DNA of 62,009 bases from Pseudomonadota bacterium (GCA_043825735.1 JBDRRP010000040.1:124001-186009), one strand, 5' to 3'; positions 8,927 through 19,276 are shown, counted from the stretch's first letter. Translations and numbers: made by a program. Notes: generated from the letters alone by a model not told the origin.

Positions 8927-9739
8927 TCAATCTTTTCCGAACAGGATGCTTCGCGCCTCGTGCACTCCGGCAACGGCGATGCCGCTGTCTGCCAGCGCTG
9001 TCCTGACGGCATCCACGAGTTCAGCATTGCTCGACGCTGTCCTGCCGGCATAGGTCGCCGAATCCTCGAACCCGACCCGAACGACCGCCGCGCCCTTTCG
9101 GGCGGCCTCCAGATGCCCGGTGAAATCCCGGCTGCCGATAAACAGGGCGCCCCAGCGGCTGTCCGCCGGTACCTTTGAGATCAGGTAGTCCAGCAGCAGG
9201 GGGTGGTAGTGCATGCCCCAGTGCACGTTGAAGATGAAGCTGAAATTGCACGGCGCGGCAATCAGCCCTTCCGCGATCAGGTGAAGCGCCGTGTCCATAT
9301 GGCCGGTGTCGAAGATCTCCAGCGACGGTTTGACACCCGCTGCGGCCATTTGTTCGATCCAGTATCGCACATCGGGCAGTGAATTACAGTAAACATGGTC
9401 ACCGAAGTTGAGGGAGCCCATGTTCAGCGACGCCATGTCCGCCAGCGGGTGTTTGGCCGGCAGGGCGCGCTCGGCGGCACTTAACCCGGAGAGGCCGCCG
9501 GTGGAGGCCTCTAAAAGAATGTCGCAGGCGGCCTTGATATCCGCCACCGTCTGGTTGAAACAGGATAGATCGGCGGTGAGGGCGCCGCCGGCATCGCGGG
9601 CATGGAGATGGACAACGCCGGCGCCGGCCCGGGCGCAGGCAATGACGTCTTCGGCGATGGCCTCCGGCGTGACGGGATTCCCTCGGCCGGCGCCCCACCC
9701 GCCGGTAGGCGCTACAGCGATGATGATCTTTTTATTCAT
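8927..9739 (-). CDS. Beta-keto acid cleavage enzyme (BKACE/DUF849, Kce family)
   Basis: IAVAPTG, HLHARD, STGG, ASLNMGS, EIFD, RVGFED. Confidence 0.9.
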   Translation of the reverse strand: MNKKIIIAVAPTGGWGAGRGNPVTPEAIAEDVIACARAGAGVVHLHARDAGGALTADLSCFNQTVADIKAACDILLEASTGGLSGLSAAERALPAKHPLADMASLNMGSLNFGDHVYCNSLPDVRYWIEQMAAAGVKPSLEIFDTGHMDTALHLIAEGLIAAPCNFSFIFNVHWGMHYHPLLLDYLISKVPADSRWGALFIGSRDFTGHLEAARKGAAVVRVGFEDSATYAGRTASSNAELVDAVRTALADSGIAVAGVHEARSILFGKD

Positions 9740-9793
9740 TGTTTTAATATCCCCGTGTTCTCTGTGATCTCCGTGGTTCAACATCGTTGCGCG

Positions 9794-11122
9794 TCAATTC
9801 GCCAGTGACAGGTAAACACGTTTCAACGCGTCATCTTCGCCCACATTGCCGGGGAAGATGACATAGGGCATGCCGGCCCACCGGTGACCCGGGGGCATGC
9901 GGATCACCGGGACGCCGGGCGCCGCCTGCCCCAGGACACGGGCGCGGGCGATCCCCAGCCCGCTCGTCAGGATATCGTGGGCAGTGATGCCGCCTTTGGC
10001 GATCAGAAATGACGGGGCTGTTTTTGCCGTGGCCACCACCATTGAAAGAAACGCCGAGATCCGTCGGCCCGACTCCAACTGCGCGGCGTTGCCGGTTGAC
10101 TGCCAGAGCGTCCGCGAAGTGAACACCACCGGAGTTGAGCCGGCTTTAAAGGCCTCGTGGAGTGCTTTGCTGGTCGCGGTGGAAAGGGCGTTTTCGTTTT
10201 TCAACAACGCGGAGACATCGATCTTAATCGCTTCGAGCCCGGGCGCCGCCAGCAGTGCATTCAACTGCCGGGTGGTCTTTTCCACGTGTGACCCGACAAC
10301 GATCAGCCCTGGGCCGCCGTGGGGCTTTGCCCCGGATCCCACCGGCGCTGCGACGGGGCACGCCACCAGTGATTTGACAAAGGATGCGGCGCTTTGAAAA
10401 ATGGTGACGGCACAGCCTTCCAGCCGGGTGACGATGGCATCGGAAAACCGGTCCAGCTCCGCATAGCCGGTCGCATTGACGACGACGAAACGCCCGGGCG
10501 GAACGGCATCTAAAAAGAGGGCCAATTCGCTCTGGGCGTCTTTCTGGAGGAGTTTCTGCGATAGCGATATGATCTCATCCCGGTGGATCCGGCCATTGGT
10601 TTTTTCTTCTACGTAACCGGGGAGATGGGCTGTCGCGTACCCAAATGCGGTGTCCCGGGCGAATTCCGTCTCATGGCACGGAATCATTGTTTTACCTTCG
10701 ACAATGTAATGGACATCCCCGGTGGTGACCCGCTTTCCCTCGAAAAACGCGGGGATCAGAAACCGGGCCTCCGGACGGATGCCGGCCGTCTCGATGACGG
10801 TATCCATTTCCAGCGGGAAATGACCCCGCAGGGTGGAGTCCGAGCGGCAGATAAAAACCAGGCGGTAGCCGTAAGCCAGATTGGCCTGCACGACTTGCCG
10901 GGTGATCTCTGCGATGATTTCCCGCGCCTTTTCGGGCGCAAAGGCCCGCGTATTGGTGAGGATGAAAAAATAGGGTTCGTCGTCTTTGAGCGCGGCGACG
11001 ATATTTGGGCCCGACCACTCGGTCAGAACCAGGCAGCCATGAACGGTCTGGATTCCGGTGGGGTCGTCATCCAGGACGACGATCCGAATGCCGGCATTGA
11101 GCAGGCGCGTTTTTCGATTCAT
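9794..11122 (-). CDS. Four-carbon acid-sugar kinase family (DUF1537)
   Basis: VLDDDPTG, RSDSTLRGH, VVGSHV, AKGGIT, FPGNVG. Confidence 0.9.
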   Translation of the reverse strand: MNRKTRLLNAGIRIVVLDDDPTGIQTVHGCLVLTEWSGPNIVAALKDDEPYFFILTNTRAFAPEKAREIIAEITRQVVQANLAYGYRLVFICRSDSTLRGHFPLEMDTVIETAGIRPEARFLIPAFFEGKRVTTGDVHYIVEGKTMIPCHETEFARDTAFGYATAHLPGYVEEKTNGRIHRDEIISLSQKLLQKDAQSELALFLDAVPPGRFVVVNATGYAELDRFSDAIVTRLEGCAVTIFQSAASFVKSLVACPVAAPVGSGAKPHGGPGLIVVGSHVEKTTRQLNALLAAPGLEAIKIDVSALLKNENALSTATSKALHEAFKAGSTPVVFTSRTLWQSTGNAAQLESGRRISAFLSMVVATAKTAPSFLIAKGGITAHDILTSGLGIARARVLGQAAPGVPVIRMPPGHRWAGMPYVIFPGNVGEDDALKRVYLSLAN

Positions 11123-11451
11123 GATGGCACGGTCTCAGTATCCGAATGCGCTACAGGGCGCCCGTCGAGCGGTCGGCGAGCTGAGCTGTATCCAGCGTCA
11201 AAAGCGGCAGGCTGTCAAGACCCAATACAGCGGCCGAAGCAACTGGTTCACCACCGGATGCGCGTATTCCCACGACCCGCCGGGTGGCAGCGGGGGGCGG
11301 CTTTAAAAATATCCAAGCCATCATCCACCCGGGTCAGAAGGGGTGATTTTTGTAAAGAGACTTGCTCGGCAGTCGCCACCGCTTTTTCGAAAAATTACAT
11401 AAATTGTAAGTCAAATTGACAGATAATGTATTTTATGGCATGTTCGGGTGC

Positions 11452-12645
11452 ATGATCAAACGGACGCTGGAAAAAAAGGTGCATGAACTGGCGGGCTATT
11501 ACCCCGTCATCTTAGTTACCGGGCCTCGGCAGTCGGGCAAAACGACCTTGTGCCAGATGGCGTATCCTGACAAAGTTTACGTTTCCCTGGAGGCGATGGA
11601 CACGCGGAACTATGCTATCAGTGATCCGCGGGGGTTTCTGGCCCAGTATGCCGGCGGTGCCATTATCGATGAAATTCAAAACGCGCCCGAGTTGGTCACC
11701 TACCTTCAGAGCGATATCGATGCCAACCCGGATCCGGGGCGGTTTATTCTGACCGGTTCACAGCATTTTTCGCTGTCTCAGTCCATCGCCCAATCTTTGG
11801 CGGGCCGTTGTGGCATCCTGGTTCTGTTGCCGCCGGATCTGGAAGAGTTGCGCGCGTTTCCGTCCGCACCGACCGACCTGATGTCCATGCTCTGGAAAGG
11901 GGCGTATCCCAGAATCTACGACCGCGCAATCCCTGCCCATCAATGGCTGGCTGATTACACCTCGACGTATCTTCAAAGAGATGTGCGCCAGGTCATCAAT
12001 GTCGGCGATCTCCTGGCTTTCTCAGGGTTTTTGAAACTCTGCGCCGGTCGCACGGCTCAGGAAATCAATCTATCGAAACTCGGCAGCGACGCCGGCGTTT
12101 CGCACAATACGGCGCGCTCCTGGCTTTCCGTTTTAGAGACCAGCTACATCATTCATCGCCTTCCGGCATGGCACGTCAACATCCGCAAGCAACTTGTCAA
12201 AGCGCCCAAACTGCATTTCTTCGACAGTGGCCTGGTGTGCTATCTGCTGGGCATTCGGGAACCAGAGCAACTTCGCCTTCACCCGCTGAGGGGTGCCATC
12301 TTTGAAAGCTGGGTCATCTCGGAAATTTACAAGGTCGGTGTTCACAGCGGGTTGCAGCCGGATCTGTTTCACTATCGGGAGGCCCGGGGGCCGGAAATTG
12401 ATCTGATCATCAAGGATGGCGATGCGTTGACGGCTGTCGAGATCAAATCGGGCGCCACGGTAAACATGGATTTTTTTAGAAATCTGGAACGCTTTTCCGA
12501 TCGCATGGCAAACGCCGGCACGCCGTCAATCGTGCGGCGCCGCATTGTGTTCGGCGGCGATGATTCTCAACGGCGCGCCACCGCACAGATACTCTCATGG
12601 CGTCACGTCCATCGTTTGGTGGAGACAGAAGAAGGCAGCACGTAG
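11452..12645 (+). CDS. AAA_14 + DUF4143 ATP-binding protein
   Basis: GPRQSGKTT, IIDEIQ, ILTGS, KAPKLHFFDSG, C-terminal EIDL...AVEIK (PD-(D/E)xK-like). Confidence 0.9.
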   Translation: MIKRTLEKKVHELAGYYPVILVTGPRQSGKTTLCQMAYPDKVYVSLEAMDTRNYAISDPRGFLAQYAGGAIIDEIQNAPELVTYLQSDIDANPDPGRFILTGSQHFSLSQSIAQSLAGRCGILVLLPPDLEELRAFPSAPTDLMSMLWKGAYPRIYDRAIPAHQWLADYTSTYLQRDVRQVINVGDLLAFSGFLKLCAGRTAQEINLSKLGSDAGVSHNTARSWLSVLETSYIIHRLPAWHVNIRKQLVKAPKLHFFDSGLVCYLLGIREPEQLRLHPLRGAIFESWVISEIYKVGVHSGLQPDLFHYREARGPEIDLIIKDGDALTAVEIKSGATVNMDFFRNLERFSDRMANAGTPSIVRRRIVFGGDDSQRRATAQILSWRHVHRLVETEEGST

Positions 12646-12828
12646 AAATGACCTAATGAGGACATCAAGGAGAGATCATGCGCCGCCGTGTTCCGTCCCG
12701 GGCGTTTATGGATGACCGCCATCGAGGCCTCGCAGCACGGCGGCGCCTAAGGCTTTCGACCCTGCAGCGGGCGATCGGCTTCCATCGCGGCACCTTCTTC
12801 CTTCACCCGGCGCTCGGCCGGGCGGGCA

Positions 12829-13659
12829 TCACTTGAGCTGATCGACGCCGATGACGTCCATGTCGCCGAATGCCTGGTTGTCACCGACCATCCCCCAGAT
12901 AAAGGCGTAATGGGATGTCCCGGCGCCGGCGTGGATGGACCAACTCGGCGAGATGACGGCTTGCTCGTTGTGCACCACGATATGGCGCGTGCGCTCCGGC
13001 TCTCCCATCATGTGAAACAGGATGGCATCGGAGGCCAGATCGAAGTAGAAATACACTTCCATGCGACGCGCATGGGTGTGACAGGGCGGCAGGCTGTTCC
13101 AGACATTGCCCGGTGCCACCACGGTCAGGCCCATCACCAGGTTGGCGCTGGGCACGCCGTCGGGATGAATGTATTTGTTGAGCTCGCGCACGTTGCATTG
13201 CTCCGGCTTGCCGAGAAGGGCCTTTTCCGTGGATGCCATCGTGATTTTTCGGGTGGGGTAGGCTTTGTGCGCAGGAGCGCTGAGAACATAGAAGCGCGCC
13301 GGATCAGCGGAATCCCGGCTTGAGAATACCACGTTCTGCGAACCTTGGCCGATATACAGCCCATCGGTTTTGGCCAGCTCAAAGGTTTCGCCGTCCACCG
13401 CAACCGAACCGGCCGGTCCGACGTTGATCACGCCGAGTTCACGGCGCTCCAGGAAGTGCGCCGTGCCCAGCTCTTTGCTGCCTTCCAGCCGCAGGGGCGT
13501 GTCAGGGCAAATGCCGCCCACGATCATCCGGTCGATGTAGCTGTATGTCAGTTTGGCCGAGCCCGGGACAAAGAGGTTCTGGATCAGAAATTCGTCTCTG
13601 ATGCGCTGCGTGGTGTAGGCCTCGAAATCCCTGGGGTTGGCGGGTTGCCGAATATCCAT
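12829..13659 (-). CDS. kduI: 5-dehydro-4-deoxy-D-glucuronate isomerase
   Basis: YSYIDRMIVGG, FLERRELG, WNSLPPCHTHARRMEVY, SPSWSIH, IWGM; AGGAG RBS before ATG 13659. Confidence 0.93.
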   Translation of the reverse strand: MDIRQPANPRDFEAYTTQRIRDEFLIQNLFVPGSAKLTYSYIDRMIVGGICPDTPLRLEGSKELGTAHFLERRELGVINVGPAGSVAVDGETFELAKTDGLYIGQGSQNVVFSSRDSADPARFYVLSAPAHKAYPTRKITMASTEKALLGKPEQCNVRELNKYIHPDGVPSANLVMGLTVVAPGNVWNSLPPCHTHARRMEVYFYFDLASDAILFHMMGEPERTRHIVVHNEQAVISPSWSIHAGAGTSHYAFIWGMVGDNQAFGDMDVIGVDQLK

Positions 13660-13784
13660 GATGCGCTCCTTTGCTCCGGTGCTGGTGCATATTTTCAAGC
13701 CGGCAGCATCCGCCGCGTTACCGGTACGGACGGGGCTCGGTCCGATGCCGTGCGGCGCTGTTTCGTTTGCAGCCTCAAGCGTGA

Positions 13785-14552
13785 CTACATCGCCATATAA
13801 CCGCCATCGATAAAAATGACCTGACCGGTGATGTAGGCCGATGCGTCCGAAGCGAGAAAAACAGCCAGACCGGCCAGGTCGTGCGGCTCTGCCCACCTTC
13901 CCAGCGGGATGCGGCTGGAAATGGCTTTGAACCGTTCCGCGTTGGTCTGAATCGCCGCAGTCATCTCTGTCCTGACCCAGCCGGGTCCGATGGCGTTGAC
14001 GCGAATGCCGTATTGTCCAAGGTCGTTGCACAGGGACTTGGTCAATTGGGTGATCCCCCCTTTGGTGGCGGCGTAAGCCGGCACACCGATGCCGCCGAAC
14101 ACCGCGATCAGGGAAGACGTGTTGACGATGGAACCGCGGATGCCCTGCGTGATCATCTGCCGGGCGACCGCCTGGGAAAGGATAAACGGCCCGGTCAGAT
14201 TGACCTTGATCATTTCTTCCCACTTGTCCAGCGGAAAGTTCTGGGCCGGCGCCCGGTGAATCATGCCGGCATTGTTGAACAGAAAATCAATTCGGCCGAA
14301 GGCGCGTTGGACGGATGCCATCAGGGCGGCAATGCTTTCCGGTTCGGCCATATCCACCTGAAAGGGTTCGGCTTGAAGGCCGGCGGCCACCATTTCGCTG
14401 GCTGCCGCATTCAGCTTTTCAAGGTCGCGTCCGGCCAAGGCGACCTTGGCCCCGGCTTCGGCCAACCCCGTGGCCAGCGCCTTTCCGATGCCAGAACCGG
14501 CGCCGGTCACGATGCCACACTTATTTCTTAAGCTGAAACGATCCAATATCAT
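13785..14552 (-). CDS. kduD: SDR oxidoreductase, KduD/gluconate 5-dehydrogenase-like
   Basis: TGAGSGIG, NNAG, YAATK, RIPLGRW; adjacent to kduI. Confidence 0.8.
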   Translation of the reverse strand: MILDRFSLRNKCGIVTGAGSGIGKALATGLAEAGAKVALAGRDLEKLNAAASEMVAAGLQAEPFQVDMAEPESIAALMASVQRAFGRIDFLFNNAGMIHRAPAQNFPLDKWEEMIKVNLTGPFILSQAVARQMITQGIRGSIVNTSSLIAVFGGIGVPAYAATKGGITQLTKSLCNDLGQYGIRVNAIGPGWVRTEMTAAIQTNAERFKAISSRIPLGRWAEPHDLAGLAVFLASDASAYITGQVIFIDGGYMAM

Positions 14553-15070
14553 GAGGGCCCTCCTCGTCGTTGCTTCCAAAAGGCGGCGGTTTCCACCAGG
14601 ATGTTTCGTATCGAGTAGACGACCATGATGGCGCCTGAAATGGGCATGCAGACGTACACATAGCGCCGCGGTACATTGAATACCGGCGTCCAGTCCCGTG
14701 CCAGCATCGTCAATTTCAGGGAATTATAGAAGAATATAAAGATGAAAAACAGGGATATGATCTCTATTGCCGTGGCGATGAGATGGCCGGCCGGTTTGCC
14801 TTTGAGCTTGTCATTGATCCATTCCAGGCGAAAATGATCGTTGCGTGCCCAGAGCGCTGCCGCACCGAGAAATACCATCCAGGCGAATAGCCCCTCCACC
14901 ACCTCGTCAAACCAATAGAAGGCGGCGACCGGAAAATAGCGGACGAACACGTTGCCTAACAACAGCAGCAACAGCATGCTGAGACAGCAGACGCAGATCG
15001 ATCGCAGGGTGGTGACCAGAATGCGGTCGCATGCGGAAAGGAAACCGAACGTCTTTTGAGTATCTTCCAT
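14549..15070 (-). CDS. TRAP transporter small permease (DctQ)
   Basis: 4 TM segments, NVFVRY, WFDEV, WMVFLGAA. Confidence 0.88.
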   Translation of the reverse strand: MEDTQKTFGFLSACDRILVTTLRSICVCCLSMLLLLLLGNVFVRYFPVAAFYWFDEVVEGLFAWMVFLGAAALWARNDHFRLEWINDKLKGKPAGHLIATAIEIISLFFIFIFFYNSLKLTMLARDWTPVFNVPRRYVYVCMPISGAIMVVYSIRNILVETAAFWKQRRGGPS

Positions 15071-15079
15071 GTTGCGTAC

Positions 15080-16375
15080 CTATGGCCCCTGAGTTCCCAT
15101 AAACAGATTCGGCAAAAAGAGCGACACCTGGGGGATGAAGGCGACGATCAGGAGCACCGCGAAAATGCCGAGCAGGTAGGGCCACATTTCTTTGGTCAGC
15201 TCTCCGATGGAGAGATTCGTGATGCTCGATACCGCATACAGGCACATGCCAACCGGCGGCGTCAACAGGCCGATCATGGACGCAAGGGTCATCACCACGC
15301 CGAACTGCACCGGATCGATGGCGAAATGAACGATGATTTTCTGGAAGATGGGGATGGTGATCAGCAGTACGGCGATGCCTTCCAGGAAACAGCCGAACAC
15401 GATCAGGACCGCGATAATGATGATCATGACCACGGTGGCGTTGCTGCTGAGGGCGGTCAGTCCGGTGATCACCTGTACGGGGATGCGATGCAAAATCAGC
15501 AGCCAGCCGAAGAACCCGGCGGTGGCGATAATGAACATGATGCGCACCGTATGGGTCAGCGTGTTCCAGAATATGGCCGGCAATTCCCTGATGCGGATAC
15601 TTCGGTAGACCACCAGGCCGAGCAGCAACGCGTACAGACAGGCGATGACGGAGGCTTCGGTGGGGGTGAATTGACCGCTGAGGATCCCGCCGACGATGAT
15701 CACCGGGGTGAGCAGCGGCAGGGCGGCGGATTTGCCGCTCAGGTAGATTTCATTCATGGAGGCCCGCGGGTCGCGAGGGTAGTTGCGGTGCCGGGAAACA
15801 AAATAAACCGCAATCATGAGCGAGAGCCCCATGAGGACGCCCGGAATGACCCCGGCCAGGAAAAGACGGCTGACCGACACCTCCGTGAGAAAGCCATAGA
15901 TCACCAGCGGGATGCTGGGCGGAATCACCGGGCCGATGGTGGACGATGCGGCAGTGATGGCTGCGGAAAACCGCCAATCGTACCCATTGTCTTTCATGGC
16001 CTTCATTTCGATCATGCCCAGCCCGGCGGCATCGGCGACAGCGGCGCCGGACATCCCGGAAAAAATCATGCTGGCGATCACGTTGACCTGGCCCAATCCG
16101 CCCCAGATGTGTCCGACCAGCGCCCGGGCGAACCTGAAGATGCGCTCGGTGATGCCACCCGTGTTCATCAGATTTCCGGCCAGAATGAAGAAGGGGATGG
16201 CGAGCAGTGTAAAGGAGGTGGTCGAGGCGTACATCCGCTGCGCCACCATGGTGAGAACGTCGGCCTGCCCCATCGCCATGAAGGTCAGCACCGCCGTCAG
16301 CCCCATGCTCACCGCCACGGGCACACCCAGAAGGATCATCGTGATCAGGACCGCAAAGATGATCAGTGTCGTCAT
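15080..16375 (-). CDS. TRAP transporter large permease (DctM)
   Basis: LLAIPFFILAG, SGMSGAAVAD, IPPSI, TPTEA, TPPVG. Confidence 0.93.
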   Translation of the reverse strand: MTTLIIFAVLITMILLGVPVAVSMGLTAVLTFMAMGQADVLTMVAQRMYASTTSFTLLAIPFFILAGNLMNTGGITERIFRFARALVGHIWGGLGQVNVIASMIFSGMSGAAVADAAGLGMIEMKAMKDNGYDWRFSAAITAASSTIGPVIPPSIPLVIYGFLTEVSVSRLFLAGVIPGVLMGLSLMIAVYFVSRHRNYPRDPRASMNEIYLSGKSAALPLLTPVIIVGGILSGQFTPTEASVIACLYALLLGLVVYRSIRIRELPAIFWNTLTHTVRIMFIIATAGFFGWLLILHRIPVQVITGLTALSSNATVVMIIIIAVLIVFGCFLEGIAVLLITIPIFQKIIVHFAIDPVQFGVVMTLASMIGLLTPPVGMCLYAVSSITNLSIGELTKEMWPYLLGIFAVLLIVAFIPQVSLFLPNLFMGTQGP

Positions 16376-16410
16376 CGCACGCTCACCATGGGAAAACGGG
16401 CATCGACCCA

Positions 16411-16455
16411 AAAGCGCCCACCCGTTTTGACCGACTTCAAAGCGGACGGGCGCTT
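16411..16455 (-). terminator. Intercistronic stem-loop between dctP and dctM
   Basis: Imperfect hairpin AAGCGCCCACCCGTTTTGA ... TCAAAGCGGACGGGCGCTT. Confidence 0.55.
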
Positions 16456-16515
16456 CCGATATCCGTGGAGAATTGACGGGTACCCATCCATTTCCGGATG
16501 GGCACTAACGGACGA

Positions 16516-17499
16516 TTACTTGGATGCCTCGACGATTTTCAAAAAGTAATCCACATTGTCCGCCCCGACGGACGCCTTCATCCGGTCATAGGCGGGGCCC
16601 ATCTTGGCTTTGAAGATCGCGACGTCCGGGCGGGTGACGGCCATGCCCAGTTTCTCGAGCTTGGCAATCTGGTCGGCTTCGGCATCACGCAGGGTCTGAC
16701 GCATGAAATCGCCGGCCTTTTTGCTTTCCTCCCTGACGATCTTCTGCTGCGCGGGAGTCAGCTTGTCCCACGTTTTTTTGCTCATCACGTGGACCATCGA
16801 GTTGTAGGTATGGCCGGTCATCGCCAGATATTTCTGGGTCTCATAGATTTTGAAGGCATAGATAACGCTCACCGGGTTCTCCTGGCCATCGACCACTCCC
16901 TGCTTCAATGCCATGGGCAATTCGGAAAACTGGATGGTCTGGACCGTAGCGCCCAGCGCTTCCATGGCCGCCTGGTTGGAAAGCTCCGGCGGGGTGCGGA
17001 TTTTCAGTCCCTTGACATCAGCCGGCGTGTTGACCGGGCGCACGCTGTTGGTGAGATGGCGAAAGCCCCATTCCCAGTTCGACAAAAACACCAACCCCGC
17101 GTCTTCAAGGTCCTTTTGCGCCCATTGAATAAACGGTCCGTCGAGGACTTTGTAGGCCTGGTCATACCCGGAAAAGGCGAAGGGGAGCATCACGCAGCCG
17201 AACTTCTTGGAATATTTGGCCAGCTGTCCCTGGGTTGGCAGACTCATGTCGATAACGCCCAGAACATTCTGTTCGAGCACTTCGGGTGGGTTGCCCAGTT
17301 CGTTGTTCGGGTAGATTTCCACTGTGACCTCGCCGTTGGTGCGTTTGGCGACGCCTTCGGCAAACATTTTGGCGGCCTGGTTGCCGGCATGCTCGGCATT
17401 GGCATAGTGGCCTATCTTCAATACCATCTTTGCCTGCGAAACCGTGCTCAGACCGAAAACGGCCACCAGCAAAAGGACCGACAACTGAAGTTTTCTCAT
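16516..17499 (-). CDS. TRAP substrate-binding protein (DctP)
   Basis: Signal peptide, EIYPNNELG, GFRH, GLKIR, DGQENP. Confidence 0.93.
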   Translation of the reverse strand: MRKLQLSVLLLVAVFGLSTVSQAKMVLKIGHYANAEHAGNQAAKMFAEGVAKRTNGEVTVEIYPNNELGNPPEVLEQNVLGVIDMSLPTQGQLAKYSKKFGCVMLPFAFSGYDQAYKVLDGPFIQWAQKDLEDAGLVFLSNWEWGFRHLTNSVRPVNTPADVKGLKIRTPPELSNQAAMEALGATVQTIQFSELPMALKQGVVDGQENPVSVIYAFKIYETQKYLAMTGHTYNSMVHVMSKKTWDKLTPAQQKIVREESKKAGDFMRQTLRDAEADQIAKLEKLGMAVTRPDVAIFKAKMGPAYDRMKASVGADNVDYFLKIVEASK

Positions 17500-17537
17500 A
17501 ACCAGCCTCCCTATTGATTTGGATGTTTCAAAACCGC

Positions 17538-18602
17538 TCATCGGACCACCCCGATGCGCCCTCCCTGCAAAACAGTCTCTACTTCATGGATCGTCGCCAT
17601 GGTGGTGTCCCCCGGTGTGGTCATCACCAGGGCGCCATGGACCACGCCGTAATTGACGGCCTCTTGGGGGTTGGCGCCGGTCAGCAGTCCATAAATGACG
17701 CCGGCGGCAAAACCGTCGCCCGCACCCACGCGGTCGTAAATATCAAGGTTTTCGAACCGGAGCCCTTCGACGAATTCTCCTTCGTGCCACAGCAGGCCAC
17801 TCCAGTCATTGCGATTCGCTGAGTTCGTGAAACGCATGCTCGTAGCGATGATCTTCAAGTGCGGGTGATGCTGTGCCGTTGTGGCGATGGCCTCTTGAAA
17901 GCGTTCACTTTCTCTGCCGGAAGAAATGTGATCGAGGGATTCTATCCCGAAGAGGACATCGGCGTGTTCCAGGGCGGCATGGTTCACTTCCTTTGCACGC
18001 TCCTTGCCTCCGGATCGTTTCCACAGCGACGGCCTGTAATTCAGGTCATAGGAGACGACGACGCCATGCTTTCGGGCAGCGGCCATGGCCTCCATCACTA
18101 CCCGGGCAGAATCGGGCGATAGACCGGCCATGATTCCGCCGGTATGAAACCAGCGCACGCCCGTCTGCCCGAACAGGAGGTCCCAGTCGAACTCGCCGGG
18201 CTTGATTCGGGAGATGGCGCTGTGCCCCCTGTCGAAGACGCCCATTGCCGAACGCAGGCCGTAGCCTCTTTCCATAAAGTAGATGCTGTTGTGCATCGAC
18301 TCTCCGATGCCGTCATCGGGCTTCCACTTGATCCAGGTCGTGTCGACGCCGCCCGAGCGCATCCTGTTTCGGATCAGGTGGCCGACGGGGTTGTCCACCA
18401 GTGCTGTGATCATCGCTGCATTCATTTCAAAACAGCGGCTCAAGCCGTGGGCCACGTTGTATTCTCCACCGCCCTCCCACACCTTAAAATGGTCGGCCGT
18501 CGAAATCCGAGAGTCGCCCGGATCGAACCGCAGCATCACCTCCCCAAGCGCGGCGATATCATAGCGGCAGGCACCGGCCGGCTTTACCTTGAGCGCGCTC
18601 AT
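17538..18602 (-). CDS. kdgK: 2-keto-3-deoxygluconate kinase (PfkB family)
   Basis: GEVMLR, GGGEYNVA, YDLNYRPSLW, DRVGAGDGF. Confidence 0.88.
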   Translation of the reverse strand: MSALKVKPAGACRYDIAALGEVMLRFDPGDSRISTADHFKVWEGGGEYNVAHGLSRCFEMNAAMITALVDNPVGHLIRNRMRSGGVDTTWIKWKPDDGIGESMHNSIYFMERGYGLRSAMGVFDRGHSAISRIKPGEFDWDLLFGQTGVRWFHTGGIMAGLSPDSARVVMEAMAAARKHGVVVSYDLNYRPSLWKRSGGKERAKEVNHAALEHADVLFGIESLDHISSGRESERFQEAIATTAQHHPHLKIIATSMRFTNSANRNDWSGLLWHEGEFVEGLRFENLDIYDRVGAGDGFAAGVIYGLLTGANPQEAVNYGVVHGALVMTTPGDTTMATIHEVETVLQGGRIGVVR

Positions 18603-19276
18603 GGCGTACAATCCGCGGTTGAGTGTGAAGGCAAGGCGGCTGCAGGGCCGCATTCAGCGGCGATGTTTACGGCCGCACGCGCATTGTCCCGAATGATATC
18701 GAATCGACCGGAACGGATGATCGTGGTTTCGGCGATCCAGGTCCCGCCGCATGCCAGTACCTTCGAAAACCGCAGATAGCCGGCCAGGTTCCCGGCATTG
18801 ATGCCACCGGTAGGGACAAATCGTGCAGACGCGTACGGCTGACTGATGGCTTTGAGCATCCCGAGGCCGCCGCATGCCTCGGCAGGAAAGAACTTGAGTA
18901 CGCGAAGGCCCGAATCGAGGGCGGCCTCGATTTCGGTTGGCGTGCAGACACCGGGAATGTGGGCGATGCGGCGCCGTTTGCATTCGCCTGCTACTTTCGG
19001 GTTGAAGCCCGGGGAAACAACAAATCGCGCCCCGGCGTCCATCGCGGCCGAAACCTGATCGCAGGTCAACACCGTACCGGCGCCCAACAAGATGTCTTCG
19101 CGGCGGGAGATCATCCGCATCGCCGCGGCTGCAGCAGGCGTGCGAAATGTTATTTCGGCACAAGGAAGTCCGCCTTCAACGAGTGCATCGGCCAGCGGCA
19201 TCACATCTTCCGTGCGCTCGATGGTCACCACCGGAATCACGCGTAGCGCTGCGAGACTAGTTATGATATCTGGCAT
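18599..19276 (-). CDS. eda: KDPG/KHG aldolase
   Basis: AEITFRT, GAGTV, VSPG, TPTE, LKFFPAE, PTGGI. Confidence 0.93.
   Translation of the reverse strand: MPDIITSLAALRVIPVVTIERTEDVMPLADALVEGGLPCAEITFRTPAAAAAMRMISRREDILLGAGTVLTCDQVSAAMDAGARFVVSPGFNPKVAGECKRRRIAHIPGVCTPTEIEAALDSGLRVLKFFPAEACGGLGMLKAISQPYASARFVPTGGINAGNLAGYLRFSKVLACGGTWIAETTIIRSGRFDIIRDNARAAVNIAAECGPAAALPSHSTADCTP

Noticed and set aside
12678..12836. Short Arg-rich ORF with AAGGAG upstream
   Set aside because: It has no recognisable motif, runs through an inverted repeat and overlaps the kduI stop; unsupported.
12829..14223. 464-aa KduI fusion suggested by the ORF track
   Set aside because: The extension overlaps kduD in another frame; the real start is ATG 13659 with an RBS.
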